The notes: generated by a model from the letters alone, not told the origin. Positions 38,436 through 47,690 are shown, counted from the first letter of the stretch. The stretch: 64,000 bases of DNA from Actinomycetes bacterium (GCA_023251915.1 JAHEXW010000005.1:7549-71548), one strand, 5' to 3'. Translations and numbers: made by a program.

Positions 38436-39104
38436 TTAAGACGCGGACGGCTTGACGAAAATGTGTTGTGCAACCTGACGGCCTAGGGCGTATTTGGCCC
38501 CGCGCGCTTTGACGATTATCGGCCCGCCAAACGGGGCAACTTCTTCAATCTCAACCATGACATCGGGCATCAAACCCAAGTTGGCCAGGTATTGCAGGAA
38601 TTCGGGTTCCTCGTTGGTGATACGGGTTATGCGGCCTTTAGAACGAGCGCTCATCCCGACCAGCGGCTCAGCTGTATCGGCTGCCACGGTACCGTCCGCC
38701 TCCGGAATCGGGTTACCGTGCGGACATGTAGCCGGGTTCCCTAGCGCCTCGGAAAGCTTCCGCTCCACCTTATCGCTGATCACATGCTCGAATTTGCAAG
38801 CTTCGTCGTGCAATTCATCCCACGGCACATCCAGCATGTCGGCGAGGAATCGTTCGCTCAAACGGTGGCGTCGGACCAAAGCGGCCGCAGCCGTCCGGCC
38901 GCGTTCGGTAAGATAGACGCCTTTGTATGGGGTGTGTGTGACTAGCTTCTGCGCCGTCAGCCGCTTGACCATTTCCGTCACTGAGGCCGGTTTTAACTTT
39001 AGGTGTTCGGCAAGCGCCTTTGTCTGAACGGCGCGATTCTCCTCTTCCAGGTGGAAAAGCGCTTCCAGATATTCTTCGACGCCCGCTGTTATCTTGGTCT
39101 CCAT
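38436..39104 (-). CDS. DtxR/MntR family metal-dependent repressor with C-terminal FeoA domain
   Basis: EEYLEAL, ASVTEMVKRL, RRHRLSERFL, EACKFEH and CPHGNPIP motifs; FeoA/SH3 tail. Confidence 0.95.
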   Translation of the reverse strand: METKITAGVEEYLEALFHLEEENRAVQTKALAEHLKLKPASVTEMVKRLTAQKLVTHTPYKGVYLTERGRTAAAALVRRHRLSERFLADMLDVPWDELHDEACKFEHVISDKVERKLSEALGNPATCPHGNPIPEADGTVAADTAEPLVGMSARSKGRITRITNEEPEFLQYLANLGLMPDVMVEIEEVAPFGGPIIVKARGAKYALGRQVAQHIFVKPSAS

Positions 39105-39139
39105 AGGTATACCTCACTATTGTTATTAGGTATACCTAA
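39104..39139. promoter_or_regulatory. Tandem DtxR/MntR-type operator boxes
   Basis: Perfect 14-bp palindrome TTAGGTATACCTAA (39126-39139) and a second core TAGGTATACCT (39104-39114) over the RBS/start codon. Confidence 0.85.
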
Positions 39140-39164
39140 CTATACCATAATTGCTTCCCTGTTG

Positions 39165-40556
39165 TTATGTTTGGAGGTATGCCGCTGCGGCTGAGACCAT
39201 GACCCCATACTCGAGCACGTAGATAGGTATCATATATCTGATGTTCACTATCGGGTCGGCGAACAGCGCGAAGAATAGAGCGAAGACGCCGATGAATGTC
39301 AAGATGACGGCCGCAGCGCTGCCGCCGGGCAAGGCGCCCGGAATCCGGCGCAGAGCAGCAAATATTGCGATGATAATCAATAAACCTAGCAAAACCGCCG
39401 AATAGTTGCGATACAGCTTCGTCAACGCGGGGTGCCCCGCCGACATTCTTGACTCCACGTAATCGGTCGATTGATTCCGGATCGCGAAGTTCAGCGCCTC
39501 AGTCGCGGGCGCCAGCAAATTGCCCGTGAAGTCACCAACCGTGGACCAAACAATCTCCGGATAATAATGGCTCCAGGTCACCTCAGTGATCCTGTTCATG
39601 GCTGCGGCACCGCCATGTTTGTGTCCCAAAATCTTGTCCAGCACTACCCTGTTATAATACGTCGGCCATCTATCGCTAGTTATCGCGTCTTCACGTGTGA
39701 TGATTTTCTTAATATCCGCCGGCAGATACTTATAGGCCTTGGCCAGCCTCGGCCAAGTGACTCGGGCGTACAGGGAGACTGCCAGGCTAGGCTGCGTTCG
39801 CTGCGCCGCCGCGCCCCGCCCGTAGTTGTTGATTATCGTTGCCCCGGCGAAACCTACAGCTATCGCAACAATCAAGATAATTACTTTCGGGTGGAGGACG
39901 ATTCTATGCTTGAGAGCCGCGGCGACCGCGAAGTAGAGCGCCACCGCTCCCGCAACCGCCAGACCGATTAGCAGCCGTTCCGGCCGTGTAATGGCCATCA
40001 GAGTATACGCGCCCATCACCGCGGCTCCGTACCCGTATCTAGCGCTGCCCTTGGCAAACAGGCCGACCAGGCTGGCGACAAAAATAATCGTGAACGACAG
40101 AGCGAACGAATCAGACAGAACGGATAGGTTATAATGCGCCACCAAGGGCGTCGTGAAGACAAACAACGCCAGACCGATGTTTATAGCGACGCTCTGTCGC
40201 TTGGCAGTCTGATCGGTGCCTCTTCTCGAGACGGGGCGCAACATTGTGAACAAATATAACAAGGATAGGTAGCTCACGATCAGCTGACACAAATAGACAA
40301 TCGTCTGGTACGGTATCGGCAAGCGCGTTGACAACCACAGCGGTCCCCGCAAAAACAACGGATACAATATGGTCCTGAAGTTGTCCAACGCTAGGGTCTG
40401 CGCGAGGCGTAAATATTCCGGGGTATCACCGTATTGCGGAATGTGACCCAGATTTCTAAGAATCCAAAAACCGCCCAAAAGCACCTGGGCGGCGCCTAAG
40501 GCGATTATCAGATAAAGTAGCGCTCGCTTGGTGCGCGGCTTTAGAAACTGCTTCAA
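39165..40556 (-). CDS. Polytopic membrane protein, probable GT-C type glycosyltransferase
   Basis: About 10 TM segments; GDT.EY and R..LYP in the first extracytoplasmic loop; LSDS, RPE and terminal RY motifs. Confidence 0.55.
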   Translation of the reverse strand: MKQFLKPRTKRALLYLIIALGAAQVLLGGFWILRNLGHIPQYGDTPEYLRLAQTLALDNFRTILYPLFLRGPLWLSTRLPIPYQTIVYLCQLIVSYLSLLYLFTMLRPVSRRGTDQTAKRQSVAINIGLALFVFTTPLVAHYNLSVLSDSFALSFTIIFVASLVGLFAKGSARYGYGAAVMGAYTLMAITRPERLLIGLAVAGAVALYFAVAAALKHRIVLHPKVIILIVAIAVGFAGATIINNYGRGAAAQRTQPSLAVSLYARVTWPRLAKAYKYLPADIKKIITREDAITSDRWPTYYNRVVLDKILGHKHGGAAAMNRITEVTWSHYYPEIVWSTVGDFTGNLLAPATEALNFAIRNQSTDYVESRMSAGHPALTKLYRNYSAVLLGLLIIIAIFAALRRIPGALPGGSAAAVILTFIGVFALFFALFADPIVNIRYMIPIYVLEYGVMVSAAAAYLQT

Positions 40557-40588
40557 GCTCTTTCTCCCCTATTCGCTTGAATTATAAC

Positions 40589-40633
40589 AAAAGAAGGTCC
40601 CCCCGGATGTTCGTCCGAAAGGAACCTTCTTTT
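40589..40633 (-). terminator. Terminator-like hairpin downstream of tRNA-fMet
   Basis: AAAAGAAGG...CCTTCTTTT arms with an internal CGGA/TCCG stem. Confidence 0.6.
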
Positions 40634-40641
40634 ATACGCAT

Positions 40642-40718
<77 letters not shown>

Positions 40719-40780
40719 AGGTGAATTTAAAGTATACACCAGTCAGCCAGCTCGCGCCATATGTGACGAGAAGCGGTTAT

Positions 40781-41311
40781 CTAGATACCGAGTGAAACGA
40801 GCGCCGTCTTTTCGCTGCCGATTTTGGCGCTGCGAAGTTCGACCTGTAACCCCTTTGCTCCAGCCGGCACCTCGAACACGGCTCTGGTTGTGGCCTTCTC
40901 ACCAGGTTGCAAGTTGCCAAACCAGACATTTTTCAGCCGGGTCGTTTCCTTCTTGCAGCAGGACGCCGAAGCCTCCAGGTTCATTTCGTAGAGCTGCTGA
41001 TCGGCGTCGTAAAGCTTGGCCATCTCACCGTCAAACGCAGTTTCCGTTGTTCCAACGTTTTCCACATCCATCTCAACAACGACGTATTTGCCGTCCTTGA
41101 GTTCGAACGTGTTCCCGGCGGCGCCAACAGCCTTAGAGGTCTCAGCACCAGTAACCGTGAACTTCAGGTTATCTACGTTCACTGCCTCGCCGACCTTAAC
41201 GACGGATCCGGTCGCTTTAGTCCCTGGGGAGCTGCAGCCGGCAACAATCAACATCAACATGCCCAAGCAAAGCGCGACTGCAAGGGATTTTCTTGCGGAC
41301 GAATTTCTCAC
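40781..41311 (-). CDS. DUF4352-like Ig-fold lipoprotein
   Basis: Lipobox VAGC; VKVGE, YVVVEMDVEN, LQPG and FEVP pattern. Confidence 0.75.
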   Translation of the reverse strand: MRNSSARKSLAVALCLGMLMLIVAGCSSPGTKATGSVVKVGEAVNVDNLKFTVTGAETSKAVGAAGNTFELKDGKYVVVEMDVENVGTTETAFDGEMAKLYDADQQLYEMNLEASASCCKKETTRLKNVWFGNLQPGEKATTRAVFEVPAGAKGLQVELRSAKIGSEKTALVSLGI

Positions 41312-41372
41312 TTGGTATCACCTCCTTGTGGATTTAATGCAATTTACCGCATATTTCGAGATAAGAGACATC

Positions 41373-41431
41373 ACGTGAAATTATTCACACTCTGTAACTA
41401 TTATTCTATTCATTTCGGGGATGATTGTCAA
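41373..41431 (-). promoter_or_regulatory. Consensus sigma70 promoter with a Rex-like operator
   Basis: Minus strand TTGACA (41431-41426), 17 nt, TAGAAT (41408-41403). GTGAA-ATTA-TTCAC palindrome at 41375-41388. Confidence 0.6.
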
Positions 41432-41469
41432 GAAACCGTGAGCTCGGAACGCATTAACAAGCTTCCCAT

Positions 41470-42234
41470 CTATGGCTCGATGAGATTGAAAAACGCTGTC
41501 CTGGCTTGCTTCTCGCGCCACGGGGTATGACCGCACCGATCGAGACGGACAAACCGCCCGGCGGGCAAGGGCGCCACGGCAGCGGCGATTGCGCCAGCCG
41601 GGTGCGGATCGTAATCGCCGTGAATCGCCAAAACGGGAGGCTTCAGCCTGCTAAACGCGGTCAGCAGCTTTCCCGAGCGACGCAACGCGACAGCTTCCGG
41701 CCAGACCCCGGCAAACGTTTTGTAACTGTAGTCCACAGCCGATTCGGGGTCATCAACAGGGTCAAATGTGTCGGCTCGATTGATTATCTGGCCAAGGCGG
41801 CGAAACAGATTGTCTTTGTCACCGTCCGGTGCGGCCAAAAAGGCCGTTATATCCGCAACGCTATCGCGGTCTATCGCGGATAGACGCAACAGACGGGTCT
41901 CGTTGATTCCGGCTGCGTCTTTCTGATCCGGCGGTGGGCACCCGACCAGCACAAGTTGACCAAACTTCTGGGCACTCTGGGTCGCGTAGATGACCGCAAG
42001 CCAAGCTCCCCAGGAGTGGCCGATCAGGGTAACCGAACCGTCGCATTTGGCAAGCGTTCTGTCCAGTTCGGCTAACTGGTCGGCGATCGATAGACCGGCA
42101 AACAGCGGTTCTAAAACACCGCGTGATTTCCCCAGCTCGACCGCCACGGGCGCCATCTCGCCCGCCGCTCCCGGCCCGCCGTGTACGACAACAACATTGT
42201 ATGGAGGTTCACCGTAGGATCTGATTTTTTCCAT
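41470..42234 (-). CDS. Alpha/beta fold hydrolase
   Basis: HGGPG, GHSWG nucleophile elbow, HGDYD and CGHTPW motifs. Confidence 0.9.
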   Translation of the reverse strand: MEKIRSYGEPPYNVVVVHGGPGAAGEMAPVAVELGKSRGVLEPLFAGLSIADQLAELDRTLAKCDGSVTLIGHSWGAWLAVIYATQSAQKFGQLVLVGCPPPDQKDAAGINETRLLRLSAIDRDSVADITAFLAAPDGDKDNLFRRLGQIINRADTFDPVDDPESAVDYSYKTFAGVWPEAVALRRSGKLLTAFSRLKPPVLAIHGDYDPHPAGAIAAAVAPLPAGRFVRLDRCGHTPWREKQARTAFFNLIEP

Positions 42235-42343
42235 GGGTTCAGACTAGGGATTAAGGCTTGGCGGGTCAAGCGGACGTCGCTGGAACGACCCCCACGACCC
42301 AGAGGTTGCATTGATATCGAGCTTGCGGACCAAGAGCGGTATT

Positions 42344-42388
42344 GGGAGGTTGCTTCGTCGGCCAAAAACCGGCCTCCTCGCAATGACG
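42344..42388. repeat. REP-like repeat, intergenic
   Basis: gggaggttgcttcgtcggccaaaaaccggcctcctcgcaatgacg. Confidence 0.85.
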
Positions 42389-42420
42389 CAATGCGTTATA
42401 TGTCGTACAGAATCGCTCTA

Positions 42421-42456
42421 CGTCATTGCGAGCGAATGGAATGAGCGAAGCAACCT
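42421..42456. repeat. REP-like repeat, inverted partner of 42344-42388 (REP doublet)
   Basis: cgtcattgcgagcgaatggaatgagcgaagcaacct. Confidence 0.85.
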
Positions 42457-42531
42457 ACGAGACTGGCGCAGGCCGGGAGTTCTCATCCTTCAATTCCACT
42501 AAAAAAGGACCCACGAAGGGTCCATCTTTAG

Positions 42532-42606
42532 TGGAGCCGGCGGGGAGATTCGAACTCCCGGCCTGCGCATTACGAGTGCGCTGCTCTACCACTGAGCTAC
42601 ACCGGC
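42532..42606 (-). tRNA. tRNA-Thr (CGT)
   Basis: GCCGGTG acceptor stem; GCGCA-CTCGTAA-TGCGC anticodon arm; GTTCGAATC; encoded CCA. Hairpin GGACCC-acgaa-GGGTCC with T-tract downstream. Confidence 0.96.
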
Positions 42607-42617
42607 ACGATTTCCAA

Positions 42618-43697
42618 TTATATCTTAGAAGAGGTTTCGCCGCTGTTTGCCGGTTTGGCCGTCTCCGATTTTTTGGGGTCGCGGCGCGGGCCGCGATTAC
42701 GGCGGCGAGGCGGACGATTGCCCGGCGCGCCATTCTTATCCCCGGCCGCCGGCTTGCCGCCAGGCTTGCCGGATTCGCCAGCATCCTTGGGTCGTGTCGC
42801 TCCGTCATTGCCGGCCTTGCCGGCAGGCAGGCGAGGAGGCCGGTTTTTGGCCGACGAAGCGACCTCACCCGCCGGCGTTTTCTTTATCGCGCTGCGATCC
42901 ACCGGACTGATATCGCTCAACAAAACCTGGATCTGCTTGTTTGTCTCTTCTAGCCCGACCAAGACGGCATCTTTGGGAGCGCAAAACCCGATGACCCGGC
43001 CGATACCCTCGGGCGTATTGACGTCGCGACCCATGTGAGGCGCGCGTTTGCGAAAATCGACATAGGCATCATTCTCATACTTCAGACAGCACATCAGACG
43101 GCTGCAGACACCGCTGATCTTTATCGGATTCAACGGCAGATTCTGTTCCTTGGCCATCTTGATAGAAACGGGTTCGAAATCGGCCAAGAAAGTCCGGCAG
43201 CACAAATCGCGTCCGCACGGCCCCAGTCCGCCGATAGATTTTGCCTCATCCCGTACACCGATCTGTCTCATCTCGATGCGCGTCTTGAACTCGGCTGCCA
43301 AATCCTTGACGAGCTCGCGGAAGTCCACGCGACCTTCTGCGGTAAAATAAAATACTATTTTGCTGCCGTCAAATAAGCACTCCGTCTCGACAAGTTTCAT
43401 CGGCAGCGCGTGTTTGCGAATCTTATCGTGCCCGACTTTTGATGCCTGGCGCTCTCTGTTCTTATTAGCCTCGTCCTTGGCGATATCGTCAGGCGTCGCT
43501 AAACGGGTGACTTTCTTCAATGGCATAATGACCTCGTCGGCCGCCAGCTCTCTGGCCGTAGCGATCACCTCGCCGATCTCGGTTCCTCGGTTTGTCTCGA
43601 CAACAATCTTATCTTCCGCTTCCGGGCGCAGACTACCCGGGTCAAAATAGTAGACCTTGCCTGCTTTCTTTAATACAACCCCAATGACAGTGGGCAT
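42618..43697 (-). CDS. PSP1-domain protein (YaaT/RicT-like) with a low-complexity, REP-containing C-terminal tail
   Basis: GRVDFRELV, GPCGRDLCC and SGVCSRLMCCLKYE motifs; tmk-holB-yaaT synteny. Confidence 0.93.
   Translation of the reverse strand: MPTVIGVVLKKAGKVYYFDPGSLRPEAEDKIVVETNRGTEIGEVIATARELAADEVIMPLKKVTRLATPDDIAKDEANKNRERQASKVGHDKIRKHALPMKLVETECLFDGSKIVFYFTAEGRVDFRELVKDLAAEFKTRIEMRQIGVRDEAKSIGGLGPCGRDLCCRTFLADFEPVSIKMAKEQNLPLNPIKISGVCSRLMCCLKYENDAYVDFRKRAPHMGRDVNTPEGIGRVIGFCAPKDAVLVGLEETNKQIQVLLSDISPVDRSAIKKTPAGEVASSAKNRPPRLPAGKAGNDGATRPKDAGESGKPGGKPAAGDKNGAPGNRPPRRRNRGPRRDPKKSETAKPANSGETSSKI
42791..42866. repeat. REP-like repeat inside the PSP1 CDS carrying a nested 21-bp palindromic insert
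   Basis: Reverse complement of 42346-42388 (one mismatch), interrupted by cggccttgccggcaggcaggc at 42812-42832. Confidence 0.85.
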
Positions 43698-44722
43698 TAT
43701 CCCTCCAGGCGAGCCACCGTTGGCGGCATGCAGTTAATGGCCAGTAAGGCCTCTTCCAACACCAAATCCTTATTGGCGTTAGTACGCAACGCATCTCCGG
43801 CGCGCGCCAAAATATCCAGCGCGGCGGCCGCGTTAGCCGAACTTATCCGTTCCGCGGCAAGCGTCAGCTGTGACGCTCTATCTTTGTTTATCAATAGCGA
43901 CTCGTTTCCTGTTTCTCTCAGTACGATCAGGTCGCGGTACCAGGAACCGAGGATCGCCAGGGCTTCGGCCTCAATTGAAGAGCCGTCGCCTTTGTCTTTC
44001 TCTTTAGCCAGCGGCAGCAAGGCATCCTTGGCCGCGAATACATCGATTATGCTTCCCTCGCTTATCTCCGCCGCGCGGTCCAAGATGATAGCTCGAATGT
44101 CGCCGGCCGCTCCCCCGATTACCAGCCGTTTCGCCTTACCGACAGAACCGCCTGATAGCGCCGTCGCAATCTCGGCGGCGTCGTCCTCCGCTCCGGCTGC
44201 AAGCAAAACCGACTGAATAACACGAGGCGGCACCGCCCGAAATACGACTTCTTGACAGCGAGACCGAATGGTCGGGAGCAGACTATCAGCGCCCGCTGCC
44301 GTCAGAATAAACGCGGCATAGGCGGGCGGCTCTTCCAGGTTCTTCAGAAGCGCGTTGGCTGCCTCTACTGTCATCAGGTGCGCGTCCTCGATGATGTACA
44401 CCTTGCGCTTTCCTTCGAACGGTTTCAAGCCGATCGATTGTCCGATTTCACGAATTTGTTCGATCTTAAGGCTATTACCCGCCGGCTTGATGCTTTCGAC
44501 ATCCGGATGAGCGCCATTCTTAATCTTCATACAGACAGCGCAGCTCCCACAACCGCCTTGCGCGCAGTTCAACGCAGCCGCAACACTCACGGCCGTGGTG
44601 CGTTTGCCAACTCCGTCCGGCCCGGTAAACAAATAGGCGTGGCTGGCAGTGCCGTGCTCTAAAATGTTTTCTAGGAAGGAAATAGCTTTTTCCTGGCCGA
44701 CTATATCGTTGAAGATGTGCAC
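43697..44722 (-). CDS. holB: DNA polymerase III subunit delta'
   Basis: HAYLFTGPDGVGK, C..GCGSC..C zinc site, HPD, ANALLKNLEEPP and TIRSRC motifs. Confidence 0.95.
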   Translation of the reverse strand: MHIFNDIVGQEKAISFLENILEHGTASHAYLFTGPDGVGKRTTAVSVAAALNCAQGGCGSCAVCMKIKNGAHPDVESIKPAGNSLKIEQIREIGQSIGLKPFEGKRKVYIIEDAHLMTVEAANALLKNLEEPPAYAAFILTAAGADSLLPTIRSRCQEVVFRAVPPRVIQSVLLAAGAEDDAAEIATALSGGSVGKAKRLVIGGAAGDIRAIILDRAAEISEGSIIDVFAAKDALLPLAKEKDKGDGSSIEAEALAILGSWYRDLIVLRETGNESLLINKDRASQLTLAAERISSANAAAALDILARAGDALRTNANKDLVLEEALLAINCMPPTVARLEG

Positions 44723-44724
44723 GC

Positions 44725-45372
44725 TTAAATTATAGCATCAAGAAAGCTGTTCACGGCGGCAATAACCTGCATGTGGATTGCCTTTGCGGGTTGGGTCGCG
44801 TCAAGCACACGGAAACGCTCGGGGTAGAACTCGGCTAGCTCCCGGAAGCCTTCCCGGACGCGCCTGTGGAAATCGATGTCGGCAAGCTCGATCCGGTCCA
44901 AGTCGTCGGGGCTGAGACGCCCCAGGGCCTGCTCGACCGGCAAATCCAAAAGCAGCGTCAGGTCCGGCATCAGGCCGCCGCTGGCCCAGTCGGATATCCG
45001 TCTAGCCTCTGCCACCGGCAGACCGCGGCCGTACGCCTGATAGGCGATAGTGGAATCAACATACCGGTCGCAAATAATAATCTTGCCGTCCCCTAAAGAC
45101 GGCCGGAGAACTTCGGCAACGTGCTGGGCGCGGCTAGCAGCAAACAACAGCAGTTCACTCCGCGGATCCATGCCGGCAAATTCAGTCGAGAGCAATGTCT
45201 CGCGCAAGACGCGGCCGATTGCGGTCGCTCCCGGTTCGCGCGTGTGAACAACCCCGTAGCCTGTCTCAATTAGATGCTCATATAGCATTTTGGCCTGCGT
45301 GCTCTTGCCGCAGCCCTCGATGCCTTCAAATGTTATGAAGCCGCCGTCGGACTCGATGTCCATTTGGGCCAC
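44725..45372 (-). CDS. tmk: Thymidylate kinase
   Basis: FITFEGIEGCGKSTQ, TREPG and CDRYVDSTIAYQ motifs. Confidence 0.96.
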   Translation of the reverse strand: MAQMDIESDGGFITFEGIEGCGKSTQAKMLYEHLIETGYGVVHTREPGATAIGRVLRETLLSTEFAGMDPRSELLLFAASRAQHVAEVLRPSLGDGKIIICDRYVDSTIAYQAYGRGLPVAEARRISDWASGGLMPDLTLLLDLPVEQALGRLSPDDLDRIELADIDFHRRVREGFRELAEFYPERFRVLDATQPAKAIHMQVIAAVNSFLDAII

Positions 45373-45923
45373 TCCTCTTCATATATGTCGCCGCCGTAAA
45401 TATCGTCGGCGACGATTGCCGGAAAATCGTCCAGAACCAACCGGTAGATAGCTTCCGGACCTAACTCCGGATAGGCCGCCACCGTTGCTTCGCCAATATG
45501 GCGCGCCAGGAGCGCGCCCACGCCGCCGACCGCAGCCAGGTAGACGGCGCCGCTGGCTTGCATCACGTTCCGCGTTTGGGCCGAGCGCCTCCCTTTACCC
45601 ATGAAAGCTTTGACCCCATGGCTGAGCATGTCAGGCACATACACGTCCATCCGTCGGCTCGTCGTTGGACCGGCCGCCCCTATGACGTGCCCGGGACGCG
45701 CCGGAGTCGGACCCATATAGAAGATAAGCTGGCCTTCGAGGGTGATTGGCGGCGTGCCAGCGCGTAGGTCGGCGCTGAGACGCTTGGCGGATGCGTCTCG
45801 CGTCGTATAGACGGTTCCGCTGATCCTGACTGCATCACCTGCCCGCAATTCCGCGATTGTCTCAGGGCTTAACGGCGTCGTTATGGATTTGGCGGTCTGT
45901 GGTCTGTTGTCTGTTGTCATCAT
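45333..45923 (-). CDS. Class I fumarate hydratase, beta subunit (Fe-S hydro-lyase)
   Basis: GTVYTTRD, GPTTSRRM, GKG and LGPEA motifs. Start reset to MMTTDN. Confidence 0.88.
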   Translation of the reverse strand: MMTTDNRPQTAKSITTPLSPETIAELRAGDAVRISGTVYTTRDASAKRLSADLRAGTPPITLEGQLIFYMGPTPARPGHVIGAAGPTTSRRMDVYVPDMLSHGVKAFMGKGRRSAQTRNVMQASGAVYLAAVGGVGALLARHIGEATVAAYPELGPEAIYRLVLDDFPAIVADDIYGGDIYEEEWPKWTSSPTAAS

Positions 45924-46774
45924 AGAGTCTCGCTGGCTCTTCTCAGGCAATAGCAGCTGATATCGACCGCGACCGGCAACGTCGCGATATGCGAAGGCCT
46001 TTCCAGAATGCGTACGCCTAGGCATGTGATACGGCCGCCCCACCCAGCGGGACCGACGCCAGTACCGTTGATTGCTGACTCCAGTTCTTCTTCCAGCGCG
46101 TCCAGTTTCTTGTTGGAGTTGGCGACATTCAGTGGCCGGAGCAATGCTTTTTTGGCCAGAAGACCGGCCGCGTCCAGGGTCCCTCCGATGCCAACGCCGA
46201 TAATCAGGGGTGGGCATGGATTTGGACCGGCGGCTCGCACGGCCTCCATGACAAACTGCTTAATGCCGGCCACACCGGCCGCCGGCTGCAGAACCGTCGC
46301 CGCGCCGACGCTTTCGCTGCCGCCTCCCTTTATGAAAACAGTTATTTTCAACCTGTCCCCGGAAACGATTTCCGTGTGGAGCACAGCCGGGGTATTGTCG
46401 CCGGTATTGACGCGGTGTCCTGTCGGATCGGCAGCGACTGAGTTCCTTAGGTATCCAGCTGAGTAGCCCGCCTTGACGCCTTGATTGATCGCATCATTTA
46501 GGTTTTGGCCGGTAAGAATAACCGCCTGTCCGATTTCAACGAACACGACTGCGAGACCCGTGTCCTGGCATAAGGGGGTCGATTCGTCGGCCGCGATGCC
46601 GTTGTTGTCCAGCATCATCTGCAAGACTTCCCGCCCGCGCGATGATTCCTCGCGCTTCAGTGCTATTTCAAGAGCTTCGACCACATCGTCGGGTAGGGCA
46701 AAATTGGCCTCTTGGACCAGCTTGCTAACCGCTTGGGAAACTAAAGAAGTATCAAGCTCACGCGTCTTGGCCAT
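45920..46774 (-). CDS. Class I fumarate hydratase, alpha subunit (Fe-S hydro-lyase)
   Basis: PLCQDTG, NTGDNTPA, KGGGSE, PCPP...GIGG and HIA.LPVA..ISC motifs. Start reset to MAKTRE. Confidence 0.9.
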   Translation of the reverse strand: MAKTRELDTSLVSQAVSKLVQEANFALPDDVVEALEIALKREESSRGREVLQMMLDNNGIAADESTPLCQDTGLAVVFVEIGQAVILTGQNLNDAINQGVKAGYSAGYLRNSVAADPTGHRVNTGDNTPAVLHTEIVSGDRLKITVFIKGGGSESVGAATVLQPAAGVAGIKQFVMEAVRAAGPNPCPPLIIGVGIGGTLDAAGLLAKKALLRPLNVANSNKKLDALEEELESAINGTGVGPAGWGGRITCLGVRILERPSHIATLPVAVDISCYCLRRASETL

Positions 46775-47690
46775 GCAGCGCCTCCACGGCGGTGCGCACG
46801 TCGTCGGCTGCCTCTTGTAGGCCGGCAAGCTCGTCCGCTGTTAACGCGATCTCCTTAACGCCTTCCATTCCGTTCCGGCCAAAGACCGCCGGAACGCCTA
46901 TGACCGCCCCATTAATACCATACTCGCCGGTCAGATAGATCGCCGCGGGCAGAACCTCTTTGGTATCCTGCAAGATAGCTTCGACCATCTTGGCGACCGC
47001 GGTGCCCGGTCCATAGTACGCGCTGCCGGTCTTTAGGTGAGATATGATTTCCGCCCCGCCTCGGCGCGTTCTGTCGGCCAGCTCGACCAGTTCTTCGCGG
47101 CTCAGCTTGTCGTTCAGCGGTTCGCCGGCGACCTTGGCCAGCTCAACCAGGGGAATCATTTTGTCACCATGCGCGCCAATCACCATGGCCTCAATGGCCG
47201 CGGGCTCAGCACCCGTTTTTTGCGAGATGAAGTAGACAAAACGGCCGGTGTCCAAGACGCCGCCCATACCGAATATCTTGCTCCTATCTTTGCCGCTGAC
47301 TCCGTAAGCCAGCATTGTCATATCGTCCAAGGGGTTGGTGACGATAATAATGATAGCGTCAGGCGCGTAGGCGTTGATCTGGGCAACCACCGAACGAATA
47401 ACCTCTGCGTTCTTTTTCAAAAGGTCCGTTCGGCTCATTCCCGGGCCGCGCGCGAATCCCGCCGTAACAACAACGATAGCGCTGCCGGAGACGGCGGAGA
47501 AGTCATCCGTTCCGGTTACGGTGACGCGACTGCCCTGGATGGCCATGGCCTGCATTTTGTCGATTGACTTGCCCTTGGCGATACCGCCGGCTATGTCTAT
47601 CAGCACCACGTCAGCCAGCTCCCGCTGCGCAATTATGTGCGCGGCGGTCGCTCCAACGTGGCCGGCGCCGATTATTGCTACTTTGTCCAT
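46758..47690 (-). CDS. mdh: Malate dehydrogenase (LDH-like)
   Basis: GAGHVG, ARGPGMSR, TNPLD, LDTGR and GAHG motifs; adjacent to the fumarase genes. Confidence 0.92.
   Translation of the reverse strand: MDKVAIIGAGHVGATAAHIIAQRELADVVLIDIAGGIAKGKSIDKMQAMAIQGSRVTVTGTDDFSAVSGSAIVVVTAGFARGPGMSRTDLLKKNAEVIRSVVAQINAYAPDAIIIIVTNPLDDMTMLAYGVSGKDRSKIFGMGGVLDTGRFVYFISQKTGAEPAAIEAMVIGAHGDKMIPLVELAKVAGEPLNDKLSREELVELADRTRRGGAEIISHLKTGSAYYGPGTAVAKMVEAILQDTKEVLPAAIYLTGEYGINGAVIGVPAVFGRNGMEGVKEIALTADELAGLQEAADDVRTAVEALHGQDA

Noticed and set aside
42111-42953. Several short ORFs around tRNA-Thr (e.g. 42181-42444, 42426-42953)
   Set aside because: They overlap REP copies, the tRNA or the PSP1 gene; their EVASS/RND or RHCER peptides are translations of the repeat.
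45924-46217. ORF-track N-terminal extensions of the fumarase beta subunit (also ftsH, gltX, nadC and the reductase) as possible fusions or overlaps
   Set aside because: Upstream in-frame starts lie inside neighbouring genes; downstream starts fit RBS position and/or family length better.
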